From Podarcis filfolensis (taxonomy: Eukaryota): a DNA stretch of 64,000 nt. The stretch lies in NCBI GenBank assembly GCA_964270895.1, contig OZ185439.1. One strand, given 5' to 3'. This document shows positions 26,979 through 38,639 of the stretch, piece by piece. Under the pieces are notes generated by a model. That model did no database searches. It had not been told where the DNA came from and saw only the letters and a program-made list of their open reading frames with translations. The position numbers were made by a program, and so were the translations under genes. Each line of letters begins with the position of its first letter. The first letter of the stretch is position 1.

Positions 26979-28241
26979 ATCTATGGGGGAAGGAATGCAT
27001 GACTGAGTGGAATTACATCTCCAAAACCAACAAAAGTTGCATGGATGGGAGAATGCATAATGACATTTGACTTGGAAGTTGGACACCCAAAGCAGCTATA
27101 CAATGAGGCCTAACTGCAAACCCAGTTGCATGAAACAATATGCACCAAGACAGGAGTTGAGATATACATCCAAATACATACTATGGTATCAGTGAAGATG
27201 CGCAATCCTTGCTACACCATGTTCTGCAAAGGTTGGGAGTAGAGTGAGCAGGCCAGTCAAAGCCCTGGTCCCACGATGGTAATGATAATGACTTAAATTT
27301 GTATACTGCCCTATACCCGCAGGTCTCTGGGCAATTAGCCTCTTATTCCCTTACTATGCAGCATATTTTTAAAATAAAATAAAAAAACAGTTCTGCCAGC
27401 TAGCTAGCCAAACCCACAGTATGTTCATCCTCCAAGCTGCAGCTCAGCAAGGTGAATCCTGATTTAAAAAAGCAAAGAACTGAGCAAAAGGAGCTCTTCT
27501 CTCCAGAGTGCTGTGTAGCAAGCTCTGGGGGGAGAACAGATGAACCAGGACAGATCCAACACCCCACCCACCCCTGATTTGCCTCACAAAAATGAGAAGG
27601 GGTTGTCTTTATCTTGCCCCAGGAAAAACTTCCATTTGGCAGCTGGAACGTAGCTGAGCATCCAGCCAATTATTTCCACACACAAAGGTTCTGTGAAGCT
27701 ATATTTGGTGGGATGCAAATCTTTACACCAAAATTCCAAGCACAAATTTAGACCAGACCTTGAATGTAAACCACTGGCTTAGCAACTGACTCAGTACATA
27801 AAATGACAAGGACTAACACCCTCGCTGATATGAAAGAAAATGGTAGGAATCAGAAATTCACAATACAAGGGATGTAATGAAAGTTTTAATGGATTAGAAC
27901 AATAGCCATACACAATGGGCTCTCTGGACTCCTGCTGTGGGTTCATCAAAGGCAATATGATTTTGATTGTCACCTAAGTGCAAGCTTCAGTTCAGAAGGG
28001 GGGGGGGGAGAGAATACAAAAAAAAAAATCACACCAATCTCATTCCAAACAGATTTGCAGCTTTCTTGGGAAGAATAAATGGCAATGTAATCACTGTGGT
28101 TTAGATGGTTTCTTTTTGAATCTATTTAAAAATTATTAATGCCAGTTCATTGCTTTTACGGAACAGCAAACGGATTTATCCTCCATGAAAATATTAAACA
28201 CAAACCTCCTAGAGGTAAATTAATGATGCCCACATTCTTAC

Positions 28242-28437
28242 CTTCCGGATGCCTTCAGAGGGATTTGCCACGCAGTTATCAGCTCCATTATTCTTGCTGA
28301 TAGTCTTCCACAACTCAGCAAAGGTGCTGTCTTGCTCCAGAGGGTTTGTTCCTTTTGCTTTGAAGTATTCATAAACCGCAGAATCCCGGACAGTACCATA
28401 GGATACATCCATTTGTTTGGAAAGATCCTGGAATGTT
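28242..28437 (-). CDS. GRID1: GluD1 coding exon (equivalent to exon 13): S2 first part; [66 protein letters not shown]
   Basis: Acceptor tttcag|AACATTC and donor CGGAAG|gtaaga; 196 bp; lies within ORF 28209-28502. Confidence 0.97.
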
Positions 28438-29217
28438 CTGAAATGGAAGAAGAGTTCAAATGTTTGTGGAATGCGGGGCAACATCAATATTTCATTTCTC
28501 AATCTGAAGGAAGCAAAAGAAGTCTTGGGTCAAACTGTACTTCTTTGATCTCCTGGTTGTTTTAGGAACTTAAAAGCAGGTTGGAAAAGGAAAACAAGAT
28601 TGATCATGGCAGCAGAGTTGGGGGAGAGCGGAAGATGTGAAGAACAAGCCACCCTATGGCTCCTTTCATGGGACTTGAGGTTTTAAGATTTTTTAGCCTG
28701 AAATTCAGTATTTCCCCTAAAAATCTAACATGACGAATAACACAACAGATCTTGCAGAAGGAAGAAAATCCTATAACTGTAGTCAAAGAACATGTGTGCA
28801 TTGCAGAAATGCATCTATACCGATTATTTGGCTGTCAGTTTAAGGGAAACAGCTTCTAATACTTGTTAATTTCATTAGACAAGACTAGAATCAATCCTCT
28901 TAGTACTATTGCTCCAGCAGAGATGTCTGAAAATGGAAGAGGAGGGAAGGGTTTTTTGCATCTCCCCCTCTTCCCTGCAGGCCCCTGTGTCTCCTGAAAC
29001 TGTTTTTTTAAAGAGGGTTACACCCCTCCCCCTGTTAAAGGATCCCTTCCAGTTGATCAAAAGCATTTTCAGTTGTGCAAGGACACCAACTGGATAAAAC
29101 CTGTTATTTCTTAAAAACTTCAATACACGCATCCCAGTATGAGTAACCACAAGTAAGCCTTCGTTGCTGCCGATAAATACAACAATATAAGACCATCATA
29201 TTTTTAAACAATGATTC

Positions 29218-30116
29218 AATCAATCAAATCCATTTATTGTGAGGACCATGCCTGTGCACAAACATCAACACTACAAAAGTTAAAAATATTAAAATTCATT
29301 ACATACTATGCCAACAAAACCTTCTTCCCACAGAATAGAAAAGGAGGGAAAACGAGCAACGAGTTAAACAGACGATGAAGGGGTCTTTACGTTGTCGTCC
29401 ATAAATCTTTCCCTGGCTTTCATAGCCTTCATCACAAAAACCGCTACCACATGGGTAATGCGTGGGTTTGCATCAACTAACAAAAATTTTACTCTATCTT
29501 CAGGACTGGTTATAGAATTGGGTATAATTTGCAGCAATGCGTCTCTAAAGCCCGAGTAAATGGGGCAATAGAGGAGGTAATGTGTAAGATCCTCTTTAAT
29601 TTTCATAAGGCAAGGGCATAAACGGTGTTCTACTGGGGTTTTTGTGTATCTACCGGTCAAATAAGCAGTTGGCAATGTTTGGAACCGTGCCATAGTAAAA
29701 GCTCTCCGAAGGGTGGGATCAGTGATATCCACCAAGTAGTTGGCACAGATTTTGCCTGCTTTTACTCGAGGGAACCAGTAGGAAAACCCAGAGTTTTTTA
29801 TCTTAGTGGAGTCCAAAAAGGCGTCTTTTTCAAAGATCCATTCCCGAACTTTATCAGGGCTCCACAATTTGAGAGTATTAAACTCAGGTAGGTTGTATCT
29901 AGATAAAATGTCTAGTAGGTTTTTATGCCAAGTGGTATTATTTTGTAATGATACAAAGGCTTGTTTAGCCAATAAGGTGTTCGGAGCATCTATGAGGTTG
30001 GTGAAAAAACGCAGGAATCTTAAGTGGGCCCTGGCAGACACAGAGGGTAATCCTACTTCCACTCTTAGGAAAGCTGCCGGAGTGCTTCTTGGCCTTTTGG
30101 CTAAGATCAAGTGTAG
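29218..30116 (-). mobile_element. 5'-truncated non-LTR retrotransposon (RTEX/Vingi/Daphne-like ORF2 C-terminus with zinc-knuckle) with a 13-bp TSD
   Basis: Open frame of 250 codons to the stop at 29364, with STPAAFLRVEVGL and RLCPC..EDLTHYLLYCP motifs. AATAAA (29233-29238) is followed by a (GATT)n tail. TSD TAAACAATGATTC at 29205-29217 and 30117-30129. The clade assignment is tentative. Confidence 0.85.
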
Positions 30117-30501
30117 TAAACAATGATTCCATGATGATTCCCCCACTCCATAATTTTGCGTTCCATTTTTCTTCATCCACATCAGTGTAGCAAAAGGTGA
30201 TTGTGGTGGATGGTGCCAATCCAGTAAAGGTGGCCCACTAGCAGTGGGTGTCTGGTCCTATTAATTACGCTGTCTCCTTACCACCACCCACTTATTTGTC
30301 AACTAGAGTGGGATTCCCACTACCCTGTGGTGGACTACTCATGAGTAAAAGGAACTTCCAGCAAGGGATGTATAAATGTGCTTCAATCCGTGCAGACATT
30401 CACACTTTCTTTTAGCTACCATTTTCTCTTCTGCTTCAATTGGCTAATTTTGCACAAATCTTTCTTCCACTTCATCATCCGCTGATGCTGAAAGATATGT
30501 A

Positions 30502-30734
30502 CAGTGGTACCTCGGGTTACATACGCTTCAGGTTACATACGCTTCAGGTTACATACTCCGCTAACCCAGAAATAGTGCTTCAGGTTAAGAACTTTGCTTC
30601 AGGATGAGAACAGAAATCGTGCTCCGGCGGCACGGCGGCAGTGGGAGGCCCCATTAGCTAAAGTGGTGCTTCAGTTTAAGAACAGTTTCAGGTTAAGTAC
30701 GAACGAATTAAATACTTAACCCAAGGTACCACTG
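30502..30734. mobile_element. pogo/Tigger-like MITE
   Basis: TIRs CAGTGGTACCTCGGGTT / AACCCAAGGTACCACTG; TA on both sides. Confidence 0.85.
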
Positions 30735-31712
30735 TATTGTTTTATGTATATCAGAGTGCTCAATGGACACACATATCTCAGCTATCAACAGGTATCTCCT
30801 AATCAGTTTACCTTCCCTATGGTTCTCTTTCAAAGTTAATGAATTCCCAGAGGGGTGGCCCTGTTACTAGTATTTGTCATTCCTAGACTTCTACTCTCTG
30901 ACCTGCCTTTAGCAGCCAATTGAGTCTTCGCTTTTTGTAGCACCTGATTAACTCACTTTGACAATATATTCTGCCTGTCTTGAGGCATCTTATCTGGAAC
31001 TGAGATTGAGCTGGCCGCCTTTGCATTTACAAATGCAGGTACTTAATGAGTAGTACTTAATGAATGGTAAGGGAATACACTGGAAATGTGCTGAAGAAAT
31101 TCTTAAGAGGCATGCTGAGCTTAAACAGTAGTTACTAAACGCTCTCTTCTGCATTCAGCATTAGCACAAGTGTACAATGCGTACTGAGATTAATGAATTA
31201 TACATGATAGGAGAAAATAAAACTAAATCATGATTTCACAGTGAAGACATCTTTCTGATTATTGTTCATTAATTACATACAATTAGAGCAAAACAGCATC
31301 TTGCTGTAACAGGCATATGGGATAGAGATGCTTTCAGGGGGTGAATCTCCTCTTCCGTACTCTTCTCTCTGTGCTTCATGATATCAACATAAACAAAAAC
31401 AATGCTTTGATGAATGTGGGAGATCAAAATGAATTACGCAGCTGAACCTAAATATGAAAGTGCTCTGAATTATTGCTGTGACAGCCACTGCTAAATTAAT
31501 ATATAACTGCCACAGAACACCAGAGCTATCACTTTCATCCAGCATATTTGAAATGGTAATTTCCTTCCCTTTATTAATATTTATTCATAGGCTTTTTTAG
31601 CAGCCAGACCAAGAGGGAACGTTTCAACCATCTTCATCTGGCTGGTAAATTAAGATTCCCCTTCCCCACAAAGTGTTTTCCAACGAGAGATTGGATCACT
31701 CATAGTTGTACA

Positions 31713-31858
31713 CAGTGGCGTAGCGTGGGTTGTCAGCACCTGGGGCAAGGCAAGTAATTTGCGCCCTCTAACCCGTGGATTTGCGCCCCCTAACCCTAAC
31801 CCCCAGATGTTGCGCCCGGTGCGGCCGGCCCCCCCTGCACCCCCACACTATGCCACTG
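31713..31858. mobile_element. hAT MITE with a perfect 8-bp TSD
   Basis: TIRs CAGTGGCGTAG / CTATGCCACTG; GTTGTACA at 31705-31712 and 31859-31866. Confidence 0.9.
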
Positions 31859-32437
31859 GTTGTACATCATTTGATCGCTTGTCACTTGATAGCTCTCAGT
31901 TGTGTCGACTTGAAAGGGCTTTTTAAAATGATCACATTGGGTGATCATTATTAATCATAGAGCACCACAGACCTAACATCTCCTTTACCAAGTAGCAGAG
32001 CAAAAACAAAACAAAACAGGTCACTGGCATCCCCCTGCCAATATTAAATCATCCATCCCCCTATAGTGCAAACTAAGAGACATCATTTAGAGACTGGTTT
32101 GTATAGATAATTCTTTCTTTGTTTGTGATCTCTCCCTTGCTCTAAATATATAACATTCTGTTATCTTTTGCCAATAGTAGGTTTTATTGGAAACGGGTAA
32201 CTCCTGAAAAGGGTATAGCATTCTCAATAAAGAATGCATTTTAATTGCTGTTATTTCCCCTAAAACTGAGAGGTTGTTTTTGTCAACTTTTAACATCTTT
32301 TTCCATTAGAGTAGGGTAGAGTCAATTGGCTTGATAAAGCTTGTTTTGATTTGAGGGTATACTTAACCCCCAAGTACCAAAATTGTTTTGGACTATTGAG
32401 TACTTTTAATTATTGTTTTATGTTACTTTGTATTTTA

Positions 32438-32793
32438 AAGGTAAAGCTAAAGGGACCCCTGACCATTAGGTCCAGTCGCGGATGACTCTGGGGTTGCGGC
32501 GCTCATCTCACTTTATTGGCCAAGGGAGCCGGCGTACAGCTTCTGGGTCATGTGGCCAGCATGACTAAGCCGCTTCTGGTGAACCAGAGCAGCACACGGA
32601 AACACCGTTTACCTTCCCGCCGGAGAGGTACCTATTTATCTACTTGCACTTTGACGCGCTTTCGAACTGCTAGGTTGGCAGGAGCAGGGACCGAACAACA
32701 GGAGCTCACCCCATCGCAGGGATTCAAACTGCTGACCTTCTGATTGGCAAGTCCTAGGCTCTGTGGTTTAACTCACAGCGCCACCCACATCCC
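32438..32793 (-). mobile_element. Full-length Sauria SINE (Squam1)
   Basis: tRNA-like head GGGATGTGGGTGGCGCTGTG, body ctatttatctacttgcac and (ACCTTT)-type tail. TSD actttgtatttta / acttcgtatttta (13 bp, 1 mismatch). Confidence 0.9.
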
Positions 32794-33739
32794 ACTTCGT
32801 ATTTTAGGAAGGATGTTATTAAATATATTAGATTTACTATAATTCATTTGTAAACCTGCTCCTTTCTGTTACTTTCCCCATTCTTGTTTTTAAAGAAGGA
32901 GCTGCAATGGATGGGCCAGGCAGCATATATAACCATGTCATCTGTAAATGCATGAGTGACTGGGAGGGGAAAGCAAAGCTACCAGCTGAAGCTTGCGGGG
33001 TCTCCCATTTCCTGTGGGTGCCTAGGATTAAGAAAAAAACTTTGAGAGAAGATTTTATATTCCTACACTGTTCAGTATATCAGATACCCTGCTGCTGATT
33101 TTCTTCTCCCCCCCCCCTTTTAAAAAAAATGCATTTGCCATTGTTGGAATCTCTATAGGGTTATGTAAGTTTTTTATTATACCTGTATTTATATCATTGT
33201 CTTGATTTGTATGTTATACAGATACTATGTTGTTTAGTGACATTTGTGTTGTATGTTGTAAACCACCTTGTGGTCTTATAATGAACGGTGGTATATAAAT
33301 TTGATAAATAATAATAATAATAAAAAGGACAGCACTATAAACTTTTATTTATTTATTTAGCCCCTTTTGTGATAGGTCCTTTGATATTAATGTTAGCTCT
33401 TAATGCTACTGCCAAAGCTTCCAAAGCAAGAATAGTAAAGGGGAGAGGGGACATTCATCCTTAGTAACTCTAGATAATGTTTAGAAATTTGGAACCATGG
33501 CCTTTTTTTCTAATATTAGATGTATAGTGCTGGTAAATAAGTTTAATTAATTTTAGTCCATGTTTCATGTTTGAAATTACTTGCCAAAGAAAAGTATTTT
33601 CTACACAAACAAAGGCTTTAAAAATAGTTTTTCTTTTTCTTTTTTGCAATAAAAAATAACATTCAGGCAAATACTGATGGGGTCTGCTGGAAGCCATGCA
33701 TTAGAAAACTAGACTAGTCCAGGTCAGTATAATGAGGTT

Positions 33740-34060
33740 TACTCATCTTTAGTCTATTTATTTGAATTGTAGTAAAAAAAAAAATCTTATAATCTATATT
33801 AAATAATATGAATGGCCACTGGGAATCAAACTGCTTAGTAGTTTAGGAATTAGGTTTAATTTTGATTGCCTCCAGGTTCCTAGGTTCTGTTCTCTTGAAA
33901 ATAAGATTGTTAAGTAACTCCAGTAAGTGTGGAGTAAGATTTTCTGAATAGTGTTTATAATATTCTACACCAAACCTATCCAGTCCTGGAGATTTACTAT
34001 TCTTTTAAGAAATTAAGGAATTGGTGTCTTGAAATTCTTCCTCACTCATTCATTTCAAAA
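33740..34060 (-). mobile_element. Highly degenerate L1-clade RT fragment
   Basis: Minus-strand translation KSPGLDRFGVEYYK..LTPHLLELLN...WPFILFNIDYKIF resembles the KSPGPDG..EFYK / RPISLLNVDYKI motifs. Confidence 0.6.
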
Positions 34061-35567
34061 TAACTACCCCAAATTTATTAGTAGTTAAATCACTTTATAG
34101 TTACTTCATAGGATGCTGAGAGTTCTTGACAAGAGCCAGTTAAGGTCTTCTGCTGACAACAATTGTTGAAGAAACAGGAAGGGGGAATCATTTTGAGGTA
34201 TCAGGGGAGAAAATATACACCATTCCACTAGTAAAAATTAAGGAATATATTTTTCATTCATTTCAGAGATTTCCATCCCATCTTTCAAAACACAGTTTTC
34301 TCAAGGCAGCTGACAACCAATATAAAACAATTTTTAAATAGCAAAAAAAAAAAAAATCTAAAATATTAACAACTAACACAACAGCATCCATTAGACCAGC
34401 AAACCAACACAGGAATGGCAGAATTAAAATTAAAAATATAAAACGAAGAGGATCATTAACTGAATATCCAGTCCATCTTCTCTCTAAACTGGCCGTGAGC
34501 ATCATGATTTTTTATATCTACTGAAAAATTAATTTTCATCACTCATTGCTCACTCCCTTATCTTTAGTTACATTATTTATGGACTAGGTTATTTCTGTGG
34601 AATCAGATGTATAAGAAGATCACTACAAAATGTATCTTCATTAAGTGGAACAATAAGACCACATGGATTTCTTGCAAGTATTTCAGCAGATTTATTCTGC
34701 TAATCATTAAATAGAGATATGGCCTAATAAGTGTATATCTTTCAATGTTTCCCCTCTCTCTTCATAGTACAGATAAAGAGAAAAATATATGTCTGTCTTC
34801 CTGTTCTCATTTCCTGTACCTCTGTTTTTTCCATTTCACCCATCCCCACAACTATTAACCCCTCAGCCCTCCTAACACAAGGCGCTCTTGAGTTTCTCTT
34901 GAAACTCCTTTCCCGCAGAACACCCTCCAGCTACCACAACAAAACTCTTCAAGCCCTTAAGCTGATTGAAACATTTAAAGTGGCTTAAGTTGCTTTAAGG
35001 ACTTCTATCATTTTAAGCCCTTAAGCAGCTTTAACTAAAGCTCGCAAATAGCATCAGTCTCTAGTTGCTGAACATTTGTGAATGGCTGGTGATGATGTCC
35101 AAAATTGCCTTGGCATCCCAAATTCACCTTTTCTTCTGGACTTAAGTATTATAGTAAGTTATTAGTGTAGTAGGCTAGTCTTCCATCAGTTTCTACTTCC
35201 GTCTTGGGATCTAACATATTATTCATGATGGAAGGCACATCTCCATTCATTCTTCAGTATCGCAGGCTCCCAAGGGATGGGACCAAATAAGTCACATTAA
35301 GTCCACCAGCTCTCAATGCTGGCCCAGTAGAGGTGTTTGCTACCTGCCTGAAGCTGCAGAAGGGATGTGTCTTTCAACCCCTTGGCAGGGCACAATGCAT
35401 GACGGGTGTGCTTTAGTTAGCTTGGTGGAGTCACAAAATACAGTTGGCAGAGGGAGCAGGTTGGGCAGGTAAGACTAGGAATGAGTGGTGTGGTATTTTG
35501 TGGTCCTCCAATTAGAGAAGGCTTTGTGCAATCTATGAAAATAGTGCTCAGAGAGTATTGCCTACAG

Positions 35568-35703
35568 CAGTGATGGCCAAACTTGGCCCTCCAGCTGTTT
35601 GGGGACTACAACTCCCATCATCCCTGACCACTGGTCCTGTTAGCTAGGGATCATGGGAGTTGTAGTCCCAAAACAGCTGGAGGGCCAAGTTTGGCCATCA
35701 CTG
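35568..35703. mobile_element. Palindromic hAT-type MITE at the core of a 248-bp palindrome
   Basis: Termini CAGTGATGGCCAAACTT / AAGTTTGGCCATCACTG; same interior as 569-704. Confidence 0.85.
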
Positions 35704-37090
35704 CTGTAGGCAATACTCTCTGAGCACTACTTTCATAGGTTGCACAAAGCCTTCTCTAAGTTACATGAAGCAGTGCTGAAATTGCCTCCTGGGCAAACAA
35801 CATACCCAAAGATTTGGACATGAAATACTAGACAGATGTGTAGCACCCTTAAATGAAGCTGGCACAATATAAACTGCAGCTGATGAATTAAGAGGTATGC
35901 AATGCAATCTCCTTAGCACTTTCTCATATCCTTTCGTTTTGCCCTTTGAGACCTAATCCCTGTTAGCTCAAGTACCAACCAATAAACCTTCCATTACTGC
36001 CGAAAATCATCTTTTTTGCTCTAATCGAATTTTAGATTCTCATCAGAGCTTAGGCTTGTTTCATTCTTTAAAGCCAGCTGCTGTGACCATTCATGAGCTT
36101 TATTTCTTTTCCTTGGCACTCTTAACTCCAAATCTTGTGCTCCTACTGCTTTAATATTATAACAGGAAGAAGATTCCACAGCCTTAATATCCACAATATT
36201 TGCAAAATGAAGCTGCCAATGTATAGGATGCCCCATTTACTCCAATTCTCAGCTCTCAAACCATCGAGGGGCTGTTTTTAAACGTGAAGACCAAAGCCGG
36301 TGGAGTATCAAGAGGCAATGTTCTTTGTAATAATTATATTACCACGATTACTGTCCATCATTTATATAGTGCCAGTCATGTGGCAAGGTGCTTGTCATTG
36401 TGATCAGAGCAAAACTTCCAATGAAGAGATAAAAATGAATCCAGTTGCAAAATAAAAATAAAAAGTGTCATTGCTTGAAGCAATCTGTTTAGACTGGAAC
36501 TCTTTCGATAATATTTTGCATTTTGCCCAGCCTGTTATCAACATATCTCACAATAATAGATAATACTGTGGAATTAAATGAACAAAACTATAATTTCTGA
36601 TGCTTATATAGTAGGCTAAAAACCAGCTGTTCATCTGTTATCCCATTACTGTAGCCACTGGCTCATTTGCTGTGATGTCATGTTAGGCAATATTATAACT
36701 GCTCAGAGCAAATGTCAGGCAGGTTGACAAATACTGAGGCCTCTGTAGGCTCCGTCATATACTAGGTTTTCCCCATGTGTACAAGAAAACAGGCATACTT
36801 GCAGTGTTTGACATTTTCCTTTCTTCTAATATACTGATAAATGACTAAGTTTTGAAGAAAGAAAGCCAACCTTTTCCTGAAATGAGGGAGAAGGAAAGGC
36901 ACACACATCTAGTATCTAAACATTAGTAGTAAATACGTTTCCCAACACCCAAGTATTCTTAGGTGATATGTAATATATGACATGGTCCCATGAGGGAAAT
37001 GAATGCTTTTTTTGGTAGTGTGTTATGGCCTTGGCCTCAAGCTCCGAGTCAGAGGAGGAGGGTGAGCTACTTAGATTCAAGGCTACTGTG

Positions 37091-37956
37091 TGTGACAAAA
37101 AAGTTGGTTTTGCTGGACAAGTTGGATCAAAAGGTGTTTCTTTTTTCTTTCTTTCTCTGCCAGAAAATGGTTAATGAACGGCAGTCTCTGATTGGCTGTG
37201 GTTCCAGGAGGGAGAGTTTAAAAGGTGAGGTTTTGAGAGACAGTGGGAGGTAGAGTGAGGGAGAGGGTTGGAATAGAGGTTGGAGAGGTCTGGAGATAGG
37301 TAGGGAGACAGGTTAGGAGACAGGTTGAGGTAGAAAGAGTGAAAGCGAGAAAGAGTTGGTTCTGGAAAACAAAACAACTTCCACTCTGAATGTATTGTGA
37401 AGGACAGAATGTGGTGTCCTGTAGGAGGAACAGACTGGAAATTTTACTGGGAGGCAGAGATTGAGCCAGAAGAAGTAGGAGATGGAAAGGAACATCCTAC
37501 TTGGGACTCAAATCTAGTCTGGAGGGGAGAGATTCTTCTAAGGAAAAGAAAAAACTCCCAAACCCAGTGAAAGGAGGGGGTGTGGCGAGCCCTTGGGTGT
37601 ATTGCTTAAGGTACCTCAGGAGCAGGATTGTTAAAAGGGGTGGATAACTGAAAGAAAGTATCACAGTTTAAAGGAACCAAACCTATAACGCAAAACAACT
37701 GAGGACGAATTAAAGTGTAATCGTACTATATGCCTGAAGTAATCCATTTGTGTTATATATTATCTTGCCTGAGACACCAACTTATTAGTTACCCCCTCAC
37801 AAAGGTCCCGCAGGATACTCTGGGTTAGAATTTTAAGAGGAAAGGAAAAGAAACCTTTGAGTAAAGTGTTGTTCAGTGAGGTGGGGGGCAATTTATCTAA
37901 GTGAGAGTGGGCCCAATGGTGTGAGAGGGAAAAGTGCCATCGCACACGCCGCCGCA
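37091..37956 (+). mobile_element. Solo LTR (inner), 866 bp
   Basis: TG...CA with a 5-bp direct repeat CTGTG (37086-37090, 37957-37961). A CCAAT-like gattgg, a TTTAAAA element and a purine-rich block lie inside. Confidence 0.6.
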
Positions 37957-38332
37957 CTGTGCTATTGGCTGAAAACCAGGACCACTCTCTTATCACTGAG
38001 CCTGACACCCCAAAACCAGAGTCAGGACCTTCACAGGCACCCTGCCCTGAGGTCAGAGGGCCAAATGTCTCTTGCATTGTCCCACCTGCCCAGAAGCGGA
38101 GGAAACATGCCAGGCAGGAGGCTGCAAGCAGCAAGAGACACACTCATCTCCAAGCCAATCACTTGACTGCTTGAAGAGTCTCCATTCTTTCAGCAAAGGA
38201 ATGGAGCTTGGGAGGGCTGGGCTGGAGACAGGCGCGCACAAGGCCTTGGTCCACCTCCAACCACTGTTGAGGAAAATTGTTCCATGGGAGCAATTTGTGC
38301 TGCTTCCTTGTGGGTTCCTTGTTTCGGTTAGG

Positions 38333-38639
38333 AAATAAGTATTGAAAGACTATATACATCAAGATCAGTCAGGATTCCTTCCAGGCAGACAAATGAAGGA
38401 TAATATAAGAAATATTATTGACATTATAGAATACCTGGAAGTGAGAAATGAAAAACAAGCAGCTTTGATGTTTATAGATGCTGAAAAAGCCTTTGACAAT
38501 GTCTCTTGGGAATTTGTGAAAAAAAATTATTGGAGAAATGAATTTCGGAGATAAATTTAGGAAAGGAATTCAAGCCATATATTCAGATCAAAAAGAGAAA
38601 TTAATTGTTAATTGGGTGGTAACAGAGGAATGTAGAATA
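38333..38639 (+). mobile_element. Internal L1-clade RT fragment flanked by a 16-bp direct repeat
   Basis: LKDYIHQDQSGFLPGRQMKDNIRNIIDIIEY..IDAEKAFDNVSW. CCTTGTTTCGGTTAGG at 38317-38332 and 38640-38655. Confidence 0.85.
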
